Shown here piece after piece: positions 1 to 11,223 of a stretch of DNA of 64,000 nt. The translations under genes and the position numbers were made by a program. The DNA is from Callorhinchus milii (lineage: Eukaryota): positions 21,330,001-21,394,000 of the forward strand of contig NW_024704742.1 of the NCBI RefSeq assembly GCF_018977255.1. Direction: 5' to 3'. The notes under the pieces are model-generated. The model was given only the letters and a program-made list of their open reading frames with translations, did not search any database and was not told the DNA's origin. How positions within the stretch are numbered: the stretch's first letter is position 1; every line of letters begins with the position of its first letter.

Positions 1-88
1 GTGAAAGCTTCTCTCATCTCCCGCTCTCCGTCGTACATAACTTCGATCTCTATCACATGCTCACTTTCACCTTCTTTAAACTCGATAT
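1..88 (-). CDS. FREM3: FREM3/FREM2 exon (FREM2 exon 12 equivalent), partial, runs off the window
   Basis: tctAG|AT ATC GAG... gives (D)[28 protein letters not shown](T)..., part of Calx-beta 5. Confidence 0.92.
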
Positions 89-709
89 CTAGAAAATGTC
101 ACAGAAATGTTATTCCCTTTCTAAACAAATTGGCACTAAATCCTTATCCTCGGGTTTGTTACCGATCTGTAGCGGCCATATTATTAAAAATAGGAATCCT
201 CACATTTGGTATAGCACGACAAGGGGTGCATGGGCAGAATAAGGAAGAATTTGCATATTTATAGGACTTTTTTGCATCGAAACCTCAAACACCTTCAGAA
301 GTAATTATTCTCAGTCTCTTTGCTCCAGTGCACAGAGTGATGAGGAGAATAGCAAATTACCACCGCTTGGACATGGTCAACCTTCTAACGCGGAGGCGAG
401 AGTGCTAATCTTCTGACTCAGAGGCAAGGTCTCTAACTTATAGATACTGTACGTAGCATCATTCTGTACCTCACCTTCAGACCTATCTGCAGATGATCCC
501 CAGATCTTAAACAACAGAGGAAAGATTCCTTCACATCAGAAAGAAATACTTCCTATAGAGCACAAAATAACCCATCCCATCACTGTCCACACTTTTGGAG
601 CAAGAGGACAGGACCAGATGAGTTCTGGAAGGACTGAGACGTATAAAGGATGCGAAAAGGGTTAGGCGATCCTATGTAGCTTCCCAATGTTTATCAGCAG
701 TAGACTCAC

Positions 710-892
710 CTTCAGAGAGCGGGTTATAGTCTTCACCAGAGGTGGCTGAGCCATCTTTGGTGTGAACTCGTACAATGGAGACTTTTGATGCATCGCCCAG
801 ACGCAGCACTGGGATTATCACAACCGCCACCTCACCCGGTTCTTGAGGCTCCTGAATGCTGTATTTTGTTTCAGAGAATTTTATGATGGGCT
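710..892 (-). CDS. FREM3: FREM3/FREM2 exon (FREM2 exon 11 equivalent), 183 bp
   Basis: aatAG|AG CCC ATC...TCT GAA G|GTgagt gives (K)[60 protein letters not shown](D). Confidence 0.95.
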
Positions 893-995
893 CTATTAAA
901 AAAAATGAAAGGTGACGTTACATTTCTCTCTTTAATGTGTTATTCGCTTTCAGAAATCTGCCAAGTTCTATTGATCCGTTAGGTTGTGAACCTAC

Positions 996-1160
996 TATCT
1001 CCTTCATCTGTGATCTTTATCAGTGTTTCGTTCTGTTCTCCCACAGAAGCACCGAACAGCGACTGACTATTGGCGGATCCGAGTACCAGACGGAACTCTT
1101 CCTCTTCCTCATAAATGGTATCATCCACAAGAGTGACGATGCAGGGCTTCTCAATCTCCC
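996..1160 (-). CDS. FREM3: FREM3/FREM2 exon (FREM2 exon 10 equivalent), 165 bp, Calx-beta 4
   Basis: cccAG|GG GAG ATT...GGA GAT A|GTaggt gives (G)[54 protein letters not shown](K). Confidence 0.95.
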
Positions 1161-2428
1161 CTGGGTAACAAGCAAAAGGCATCAGTCAAATCTCAGTGTC
1201 AAACATCCCTGACATTACACAAAACACAGCCTTGGTAATATTTAAGTAACCCCAGTTTAAGGTTTGAGCAGAACATTGCTGAGGAGAATCCCAGCATTAT
1301 TAATAATAATAATAATCCTTGCATTTGGTATAGCACCTTTCACGTTGGAAGGATGTCCGAAAGTGCTTCACAAGATATATTGTGAAGTGGAGTGATTGTG
1401 TTTTGCGGCACCAATTGCGCATAGCAATGTCCCACAAACTCTTTAACATCCACCTGAACAGGCAGTCGGGACCTTGGTTTTACGTCTCATCCAAAGGATG
1501 GCACCTCCAACAACGCAGCAAACCCCCAGTATTGCATTGGTGTGTCATCTTCGATGATCTGATTCCAAATCCCAAGATGGGGCTTGAACCCACAACCTTC
1601 TTACCCAGGAGTGAGAGATGCTACCAATGAGCCAGGCTGACTTTGCAGCTGTTTGAGTCTCAAGGCATCAGAAATGAGCTGCAATACAAATCCGCAGGGA
1701 TCACTTGATCTTACAGCAAAATGGAAACTTAAGAGCCCTGTTGGGAAAATACAGTGTAAATGATGTCCCAGAGTTGAGGTCCCGTAACTTGATGTGACAT
1801 ACATGAGGTTCTCTAATGGAGGTGCACTGTATATCCTGAGGTGCTTGTTCCTGCTTTTCCAACAAGTGTTTTTTACCTCCTCCAGTGTATTTACATGATC
1901 AGACAAGGAGTACTGTACTGCTTAAGTAACAGGAGATGCAAATTGGAAATACCCACTGATAAGCGCATCCTCTTCCATAAAGAGCATGATGCATTGCTGA
2001 CAGGTGTCAATGGCAAAAATATAATCCCCCAAAGTGAATTAAAAGCCCTCAAAAGGAATGAAGCCGGGCATGTTACAGGCAGCAGTGAGCAATGTAACCC
2101 AATCTCAGGGTGCAGATGTCAGTTGTAAAACACTTAAAAGTTTTTGCCGACTCCCCAACCCTTAGGCCTTTAACCATCCATGTCCCTATCATAGCAATTA
2201 TGATGGTTACAGACATGGTTACAGATATCCGTCCATTTCTTTTTTGTCCACTTTAAGTCTTATTTCTTTTGCTCACGTGCAGTTCCATACAGTTGAAAGT
2301 GTCAGGAGCACCACCTCCAAAGACTCAAGGCCTGAAATTCCACCTAGATTTAGCTGGTGAGACCATTTAGTTTTTAAATTTAAGATCGGACAAATTCTTC
2401 CTACAAATCTTAACTTTGAAGCTGGTTT

Positions 2429-2745
2429 TAATAATAATAATCCTTGCATTTGATATAGCGCTTTTCACGTCGGGAGGACGTCCCAAAGCGCTTCACAGAA
2501 CACACTGTAAAGTAAATTGACTGTATATTTGTGGGCGGACGCGGCAGCCAATTGCGCACAGCAATGTCCCACAAACAGTCGTAGATTGAAAATGACCAAT
2601 TTTATTATTATTTTTGGTTTTGGAGGGATTATTATTAGGCGTGTGGAGTAAGGAAACTTGCCCAAGGTTTTGCCCTGCCTGGAATTGAACTTAGGTCTCT
2701 CGCTTGCAAAGCGAGTGCTCTAACCACTGAGCTACGGGACTCCAC
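2429..2745 (-). mobile_element. Full-length tRNA-derived composite SINE (short subfamily)
   Basis: tRNA-like head (A box tagctcagtgg, B box agttcaattcc, TGC anticodon arm), ccttgggcaagtt segment, Deu-like core tgtttgtgggacattgctgtgcgcaattggctgccgcg, L2-type stem-loop and (TTA)n tail. Confidence 0.9.
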
Positions 2746-2991
2746 ATTCATTTCATTTGAATTGCAAGCGAAGCAACTTCGATGATGTTGTCTTGTAATG
2801 GGAACTTCCTGAAGTAAGCATGTGCCATCAACATCTCTGCAACGAGTAAAGAGGAACTTCCATAAACCTTCATTAAACATTGAATGGGGAGCGGGGAAGA
2901 ACCCACTGCCCATAACCTTATGACATGAATTGTACTGGACCAAATTCCCACAGTTTGAAGGAGCTTCCTCATGTCAAGGTCGATTGCTTAC

Positions 2992-3189
2992 CAGGCAGGA
3001 AAGTTATGATGGAATCATCGGTGTTCGGCCTTTCCTCGTAATCACTCATGACTTCGGCTGTGCCCTGGCGTGTGTAACAGCGTACCGTGGACTTGTAGCT
3101 GATGTCACCGCTGCGGTAAACCAGAGCGGTGATTTGACCAGCCTGTTCACTCCCGGCATAGTGAGCGTCCCTGAACTGCGCCTTAGGCA
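2992..3189 (-). CDS. FREM3: FREM3/FREM2 exon (FREM2 exon 9 equivalent), 198 bp
   Basis: cacAG|TG CCT AAG...CTG CCT G|GTaagc gives (L)PKAQFRDAHYAGSEQAGQITALVYRSGDISYKSTVRCYTRQGTAEVMSDYEERPNTDDSIITFLP(G). Confidence 0.95.
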
Positions 3190-3634
3190 CTGTGAACGCA
3201 CAAGAAAAAGGAAGAGGTCACCTGCTTTGCCACATTAACTTTGAGAGTCGACCAACCGCCCGATTCAGATCCTCCCCCTCTCCCCCTTCCACTCCACACT
3301 CCCCCCACAGAGGTCTTTCTGGTTATAATAATACTTACATGTGGTATTGTGCCTTTCACATAAGGAGGATGTCTCAAACCGCCTCACAGGATTTACTGTG
3401 GAGTGTTTGTGTATTTGTGGGTGAACGCAGCAATCATTTTGCGCACAGCAATGTCCCGCGTGAAGTGAATGACCAATTTTATTTTGGGGGAATTGCTAAC
3501 CAGCAAACCGGGAGAAACGCCCTTCTCTTTTCGAATACTGCCATGGGATCTTTTAACATCCACACGAACAGGCGGACCGGACCGCAATTTCATGTCTCAT
3601 CTGAAGGACAGCAGCTCCTACAAAACAAACTTAC

Positions 3635-3844
3635 GGTCAGAAATTGAGTCGTTGATAGTGACAGCCGTCTTGCTGGGTTCCCCGAGCACTGAGTTCATGG
3701 GCATGCGTAGCACCAACTCAAAGGTCTCCGGTCCCTCCAGGATAGGCTGACCCAGGTCATCCAGCACCGTGACCCGGAATGTTTGCATGGTGACACCCGG
3801 CGCAAAGTCCAGGTTTCGGCTGATTCCAACATAGTCCACACCAG
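3635..3844 (-). CDS. FREM3: FREM3/FREM2 exon (exon 8 equivalent), 210 bp, Calx-beta 3
   Basis: tcaAG|CT GGT GTG...TCT GAC C|GTaagt gives (A)[69 protein letters not shown](L). Lies within ORF 3618..3872. Confidence 0.95.
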
Positions 3845-4560
3845 CTTGAGAAAGAGAGGAAAAAAAACACATTGTTTCATAACCTTCCAGTATGGCATCA
3901 TCTGCTCTCCTTCAAACGGTTACAAACATAGAAATTCTACCTGGGTCTAAGAGATCCACACCGTTTTCTTAGCATTTCACAGCACCCAGAATTTGGAAAA
4001 AATCTCAATTTTGAAGTTGGCTTCCACTTAATATGCAAACTCCTACAAAATATAGACTTCATTTTAAAGCTAGTTTCTCATAAGGTTCCCTTAAGATCTC
4101 ACAAGTGTAAATAATAACTATTGTTATCATTTAATTATAATGGAATCTGGACCATTGGTGACCAATTTGAAAAAAAGGAATTCAGAAATAACAATAACAA
4201 ATTCTGCAAGAACTCGTGTTTGATTCCTCTAACCCATGGGAACTCAGCTTGGACACCCATCTGCTGAGGACCCTGGGAGCCTCTGCCTGTAATCCAGCAT
4301 CACAAAAATTAGAAATAAGAACCCCATTCCACACAGACACACACACACACACAGCAGCAGCATTCAGCCTGAGACACATTCAGGTCTCTGCAAATTATGC
4401 AACTTGTGAATCCTTTTATGAATCGATAAATTAGACCACACTGATACCCTGGAGGACACACCGCAAGGAGCAATTGCGGCTACAAACTGAGTATGGAAAT
4501 TGTAATCTGCTTATTAAAAAAAATCTTAGTTGCTGATTTGAGGGGGTGCCTTTGACATAC

Positions 4561-4710
4561 CTTCCGCTGACATGGGTTCTGTTTTGCGAGAACGCACAGT
4601 GACAGTCGCAGTCTTCGATAGGTCTGTTCCTGTCCTCCAGACCCGCACCTCCACATAGCCAGCACTCTCCTCCACCTGATACTCCATGTCTCCAAAGTAG
4701 AAAGCAGGTT
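4561..4710 (-). CDS. FREM3: FREM3/FREM2 exon (exon 7 equivalent), 150 bp
   Basis: cacAG|AA CCT GCT...GCG GAA G|GTatgt gives (E)[49 protein letters not shown](A). Confidence 0.95.
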
Positions 4711-5902
4711 CTGTGCAGAGTAATTAAACAGCATCGGTGATTAAAATGTAGCTAAATGGATTCAAGGGATATAATTATACTAATCCTTACATTTTGTATA
4801 GCTCCGTTCACAACGGGTCTCAAACATGATGACACAGAAAGGATCAGCACAGAAAGCAAGCGCTTTGGGACGTCCTCCCGACGTGAAAAGCGCTATATCA
4901 AATGCAAGGATAAAAAAAAAGCCACCATGGCTTTCATCATGGCTGTAGCATTGCTACCTCAGGTTTTTTTTTAGCCATCTTTTTATTAATCCAACTTCAA
5001 CTGTCCAGCTCTTTCCCTTAATGATTTTCCCTCTCAAGTTTTTCTTTTGGAATGATTCAATTGATTCATCCACAATAAGCAATGGTAATAAATTCCACAC
5101 CCTAACACTCCTCTGCACAAGGAAATTAATTTCTTATTGAAGTTTGGATGCAAAGCCCCATTGGGACTAATACTTTGGACTGTTTCTGGTTGAGGTCCAA
5201 AGTGGGTCCTTCCAGTTGAAACCAATCCAAGCACCTTGCATTCCTTTATAATAGGGTTCTGTAACGCTGAGAAGACACAGGTGAATAAGAATGGTTTTTG
5301 TGAATGTGATGCCCTGAAGGCAGTAGCACCCATCCTGAAGCTGACAAGGGAGTGGCCGTCCTATTGGGTGTCACAGATTGTGCCACAACAAAAAGAAATG
5401 GTTCAAAGAGACAACAAAGCCACATCTCCCAGCCACTGGCTGGCAACAAAGAAAATAAGCTTCTATTAAGAGACATCCCAATGATCTCTGGAGGCGAGGT
5501 TGCATGCAATATTCTAATTATCTCTGCAAATTTATAGAGAAAATTTATTTTTAGTTTGTTTATCAACTTAGGAATTAAAATGCAGTGTTTCTAGGCTATC
5601 AAAATGGAGTACCATTTTAATTCAACAAGATAAGAATGGGTGTGGATGATTGTAAAGCGACATTGCTTCCCAGCTATCAGGGTGCGCTTAGAAAACATAC
5701 GTTTTTTGATGCAGAGACACTGTCTGTATTTATAACCCACACAGATTTGAAAGCAATGGCTATATCTCTGATGGCAGTTTGAGGTGTGATGATCCTGTTG
5801 CCTGTTGTATAAGGGACAGCCTTGAGCAGTTCAGAATAAAACACTGGGAGTGAAGGGGATGATGGCTGTCAAGAATGCCTCTGTGGACACCACAATGTCT
5901 TA

Positions 5903-6122
5903 TAATAATAAATAATAATCCCTCCAAAAACAAAACACAATAATAAGTTGGTCATTTTCAATCCGCAACTGTTTGTGGGGCACTGCTGTGCACAATTGGC
6001 TGCCGCGTTTCGCCGACAAATATACAGTCAATTCACTTTATAGTCTATTCTGTGAAGCACTTTGAGATGTCTCGAAGACGTGAAAAGCACCATATCAAAT
6101 GCAAGGATTATTATTATTATTA
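5903..6122 (+). mobile_element. 5'-truncated composite SINE
   Basis: Deu core, stem-loop and (TTA)n tail. Followed immediately by an antisense SINE tail at 6120-6185. Confidence 0.85.
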
Positions 6123-6243
6123 ATCTTTGCATTGGATACAGCACCTTATCACGTCCCCAAGGTGTCTCAAAATGCTTCACAGGATTTTAACNAAAAAAGG
6201 ACAAATGGCCTTGAAAGCACAGCCCATTCCTGAGGCTACTATC

Positions 6244-6474
6244 GGCTTGAAATTCCAGCTATTGTTAGCCTGTGAGCCTTTTTATTTTCAAATGTATTTT
6301 TGCGAAGAACTGTGGGACGGGACATTTGTTGAATTCAATCTTAAATTTGGAAGCTGATTTTCTCATACCTTAAACAGATAGAGCTTCCAAACTGAATTCA
6401 AGAATTACCAACAATTTAAATTTTAGGACACAATTAATGGTCTTTCAGGCTAAATATAGTAGAATTTCAGCTCC
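6244..6474. mobile_element. Old palindromic MITE-like element (dispersed family)
   Basis: The ends ggcttgaaattcc.../...gaatttcagctcc are imperfect inverted repeats. There is an internal perfect 10-bp IR, tttggaagct (6346-6355)/agcttccaaa (6382-6391). Related copies at 2328-2425, 25915-26090 and 49592-49818. Confidence 0.6.
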
Positions 6475-9239
6475 CACAAGTCAAAATAGCTGTTGTCACT
6501 TGCTGGCTGAGGCATAGAGCCCTGAACACCACGTGTGATGGCAAAATAGTAATTCCAAGGCATGATATTATTTGCCTAAATAGCTGGCCTCCTTCCAACT
6601 CTGTTAAGTGTAGGCTGTTCACATTTCTGACTGATTTATATTAACTACCTTCTTAATAACCCGATCAGTGCTGAGGGCCCCCAAACTGAGTGGGAAGCAG
6701 TTTCTACACTTTAAACCGGTTCCGAGGCAAAAGACCGCACAGATAAAGGAGCCATCAGAGCTGACGGAAAGCTCCACAACAGGGATTTTATTGCACCTCG
6801 CTGAGTTTCCACAGCAGCAATAAACTATAAATATTGCTCACATTTTGCCCAAATCAGTTGTACTGATCACTGGGAAGAAGAGGCACACAGCCAAGACTAT
6901 CGTAGGCATTGGACTGTTTCAAAAAAGCATCTGCTTCAATTCTGTGACTGTCTCAATCAACTCTTGCACCTTACTTCTCTTTTCGAATAGTGCCATGGGA
7001 TTTTTAACATCCACCTGAACAGGCAGATGGGACTTTGTTTTAACTCTCACCCAATGGACGACATCTCCAACATACCCCCAGCACTGCATTTGAGTGTCAG
7101 CTTAGACAATGTGAGTTCCAAATCGGGATATGGGACTTGAACCCACAACCTTGTAACTCAGAGGCAGGAGTACTACCAACTGTGCCAGGCTGGCACGCAA
7201 CATATTCCTCCTGCATATCTTGAAGGTACTGGAGTGAGGATTTTTGGGTGTCAGTTTCTCTCCAGTACCTTTCCCAAATGGCCATTGGTATCAATTGAGT
7301 ATTTGTCCATGGGGGTGTCATAGCTGAACCCAATCCTGTCCTCTGCCTGTGATCACACATTTTCCAGCAGCAGTCACAGACAGTGATTAGAAGAGGGAAC
7401 CCGGACTGATTTTGTTTTGCACTGACCTTGCCTGCAGTCACCTTGTCACTGGCCTGACTTACACAATTGCATCCTGGTATAACGTGGTGCTTTGGGGCCT
7501 TGAAATCAAACTGCCTTATAAAAGAGCTATGTAGTGGAAGCCAGAACTGCGCCACATTTCTGGTATACAATGAGGTGGCAGTACACCCTCACCATACATG
7601 ACTGTGTATCCTGAAGAGCATCATAACAGTGGCTAACCTCTTCTATTGTCATTACAACATTATGTTAAAGCTCGGAACCAGAAAACCAGGGCTACGTTGA
7701 TCTTAATGGGGTTTGATTAAAAGTCAGTTTTAAGTATCCTCATAATTTTGCCTGTCGATAGTTCAGATTTATTTACTATTTGCACACAAATAAACAAAGC
7801 TTGGCAAATGTTTTAAAAGTTTAAAACTCCAACACCCTCGTTCCCCAAGTGTGTCCAGTTCATTTGATCTTTAATTCCTGAATTGAGGGAGAAACCTCAC
7901 AAACACAACACTCCTATGGTAAAAATCGATCAGTCTGCCCAAATGGCACATAAACAACAAATTCCTGGGAGCACTTAACCTGGAGCAACCGAGTGCGAAG
8001 GATTAAAACAGCCCTGTGGCATTTCACTTGCCGTTTGACTGTGATCCAGGCTGATTAGATGTCTTGTTATTATACGCTGCACTTTCTAACCTTACACTTC
8101 TTATTAAAGTCAGCACATAAATCCCTGCATTGAACACAGTATCAATTAGCTCCACAATAATTTGTGTGCTGGGATTCGGCTGCACTTGGGGATCCCTAAA
8201 TATTTATGCTTTATCCTTTGAACAGAATGAAGCTGCATTTCTTTTTGTGCCACACCTAACATCATGCTTTGATTTCACACGAAAAGCCCACAGGCTGCTT
8301 ACACCTGTAGAAGTGTTTAATCCTCGCACCTTGAGAAACAGAAAAAAAAACCACATTCTAAATAGAGCTGAAATGTTTTCCACAAAGAATCTTTGTCCTA
8401 ATCGAGGCTAATACCCAGATGGTGGCGTGAGATATTTGTTGTATAACATAACTGACTGCATTAGAGCATATTACTACACATCATAGTTTGTGCCCTGCGA
8501 CCCGTTCGGTGCCCTGCCTTGCCTATAACTTACCTCAAAATAGGGGGGCAGCAGTTTAGCCATGTTAACAACCCCAGTGCCTGGAACACTCAGAGTGAAA
8601 TAATCATCTTCAGAAGAGTGCACTGTACCTGATATATGCGAATATTGCTAGCACCAGATGCCTGTCTGTTTGCTAAAGAGTTTACTCATCAGCTTGTCTA
8701 CTTCCCTGTTGAAGCTAAATATTAGTCTCATGACAGCTAAAACGATTCACATACCAGCAGAGATTAGCATGAAGATGTCATTCTGGAGACGAGCAGAGTT
8801 CTCAGGGACTTGCAGATTTAAGCAAAGGGAACTCAGCCGGAGGCTAACTTGTATCAAGTCTCTCTGGTTCAGAAATTATGCGCTTAGTACATTTTACAAA
8901 ATGGACCCAGGGAATACACATGCACTGTGTGATCAGCATTTGACAAACAAACTTGATGTTGCCCACTCTATCTAATCTATCATCTATGGAAGGTTTTCAG
9001 CCATTCTGCCCCCCATTCTCTGGTGCTCCATCGGGGACTCCTTCCGACTTGCTCCCTCTCTCTGTACCTCTCCAAATGTACCTCTGTGACTGCAATTTAG
9101 GTATCACGTCCTCACTATGATACTGAAACTTTTTCATTCTGGAGAGAGAGGCAAATCGTTAAGGAGGGAGAGGCCGATCCAACTCCTAACAGGCACCAGG
9201 AATTCAGACACTTTACATTATGGATTGCAGATAAATACA

Positions 9240-9520
9240 GAACGTGGATTGATGTCAAGATCGTCACCTTCACATACAAATCCCTTCACCTTCCTACCTC
9301 ACTGAACTGCATGGACCCCATTCCTCTACTCATTAATTTCTCTTAACTAACATGGACCCGCTGCACATCCTCCAGCCCCTCCACACCACCATCAGTGGCC
9401 ATGTCTTCAGCTCGTACGCGCCCAACCTCTAGAACTCCCTGCTCAATCACTCTGCTTCACCTGCTTTTCATCTGTCTTTAAATCTTATCTGAAGAACTTC
9501 CTGTTCGACTGCGCCTACTG
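9240..9520 (+). mobile_element. Old degenerate L2 3' fragment
   Basis: tcaagatcgtcaccttcacatacaaatccc...cccaacctctagaactccct...ttcctgttcgac resembles the 26133 and 34500 copies. Confidence 0.55.
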
Positions 9521-10946
9521 TAAAGGGTGACCAGACATCCCCGATTTCCTGGGACAGTTCCCAGATGAGGAATTGCGTTCCTGGGGCCAAATTTGGCCTG
9601 TTTTGAGTTCAGCAACAAACTGAGAAAGAACAATAACATTCTAAATAGATACACTCATCAGAGAAATACAGCCGTTAATCCAACAAGCTTCTCCAGTATG
9701 GCCAGCATCAAGAATCGTGGCGAATTCATTTTTTTTAATACATGTCTTTCTAGATTTGGTTTGCAAAATACGATCCCCCTCAACCGTGGTCTCCTCAACC
9801 CTTCCCTTGTCCCTTGATTGGCGTTCAGCCCTGTAACTGCATAACTGCTCCCTGATCTGCCCTGAATGAAGGATGCTACATAGTAAATCCGGTTTGTTGC
9901 ATAAAAATAGTATTTGGTTATTATCCATATAATTCAACTACGAACATATTTAAACAAACACCAAAATAAATAATCAGTCAACGGATGCTGGGGATGAGAA
10001 GACTGACAATTCTTTTCAACGGCCTCCACAGAAACCTGCTGAGCATTTTCTTTTGCCTTTTGTACCATATTCTGCATAACAACAATGTGTTTTCTTACAT
10101 GAAAATACTGGGGCACAGACACATGTCAAATACATTGGCTGTCAATTCTGTCCCTTGTGTCTCATTGTTTGGCAGCATTGGCTAGATCTTGAATGTAACA
10201 TAATGCTCCGTAATTCAACCTCATTTAGGATTCAGGAAGCAGACCAGCGATCCCCAAAATTTACATGCAGTTTACAAATCGGTCTGGTCTGTCTTGAATA
10301 ATTTATTGTGAAGTCCCAAGTCTCATGTATCAACTTGATGCCAAATTAGCTTCATAATTAATCAATTTAACAACAGTCCACATGGAATATAGAATGTGAT
10401 TTACATTGTTGACATATTTAGAAGAGATTTTTACTGCGATCCTCTTATTAGGGGATTAATAATAATCTTTGCATTTGATACAGCTCCTTTCACAACAGAA
10501 GGACTCAAAACACTTCTCGGGATTTACTGTAAAGTGCCGTAACTGTGTATTTTGTAGGCGACCCTACAAAATACACACTGTAATTGCTGATTGCAATTTG
10601 TAATCCACAATGTGTGTAACATCTCTTTCAATATTATGTGTGTGTGTATTCTGTACTTCCTGATTCAGAGAGGTCTAGATTTACTCTGTTTATTTCAGAG
10701 CATGCAGACTTTGGTAATTCTTAAACACAACCTTAATTTTGAAGCTAGTTTTCAGTTTTTTTTGAGAACTACGGAGATCCTCCGCACCTCAAGCACTGGC
10801 AGCATCCACGGATGCAGTCCACCTCACCAAGCCAGTCAGGAACCTGGGGCATCATACAAGATCAGTTTGGATGAACGATACCCCAGAGAAATGCCATGCT
10901 CAATTTAATCAACCGTTTTTAAAGTACTTAACTGATGATGGCCTTT

Positions 10947-11223
10947 ATAATAATAATAATCCTTGCATTTGATATAGCGCCTTATCACGTCTTCGAGACA
11001 TCTCAAAGTGCCTCACAGAATGTACTGTAAAGTGAATTGACTGTATATTTTGTGGGCGAAACACAGCAGCCAAATGACTAACAACCAGATTGCTGCTTAC
11101 TGTTAAGTAAACAGAGGAGTGTGGAGTAAGGAAACTTGCCCAAGGTTTCACCCTGCCAGGAATCAAACCCAGGTCTCTTGTTTGCGAGGCGAGTGCTCTA
11201 ATCACTGAGCTACAGGAAGCCAC
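10947..11223 (-). mobile_element. Composite SINE (long subfamily, internally deleted)
   Basis: tRNA head, CORE-like segment including ctctgtttacttaacagtaag, and tail. Confidence 0.85.
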
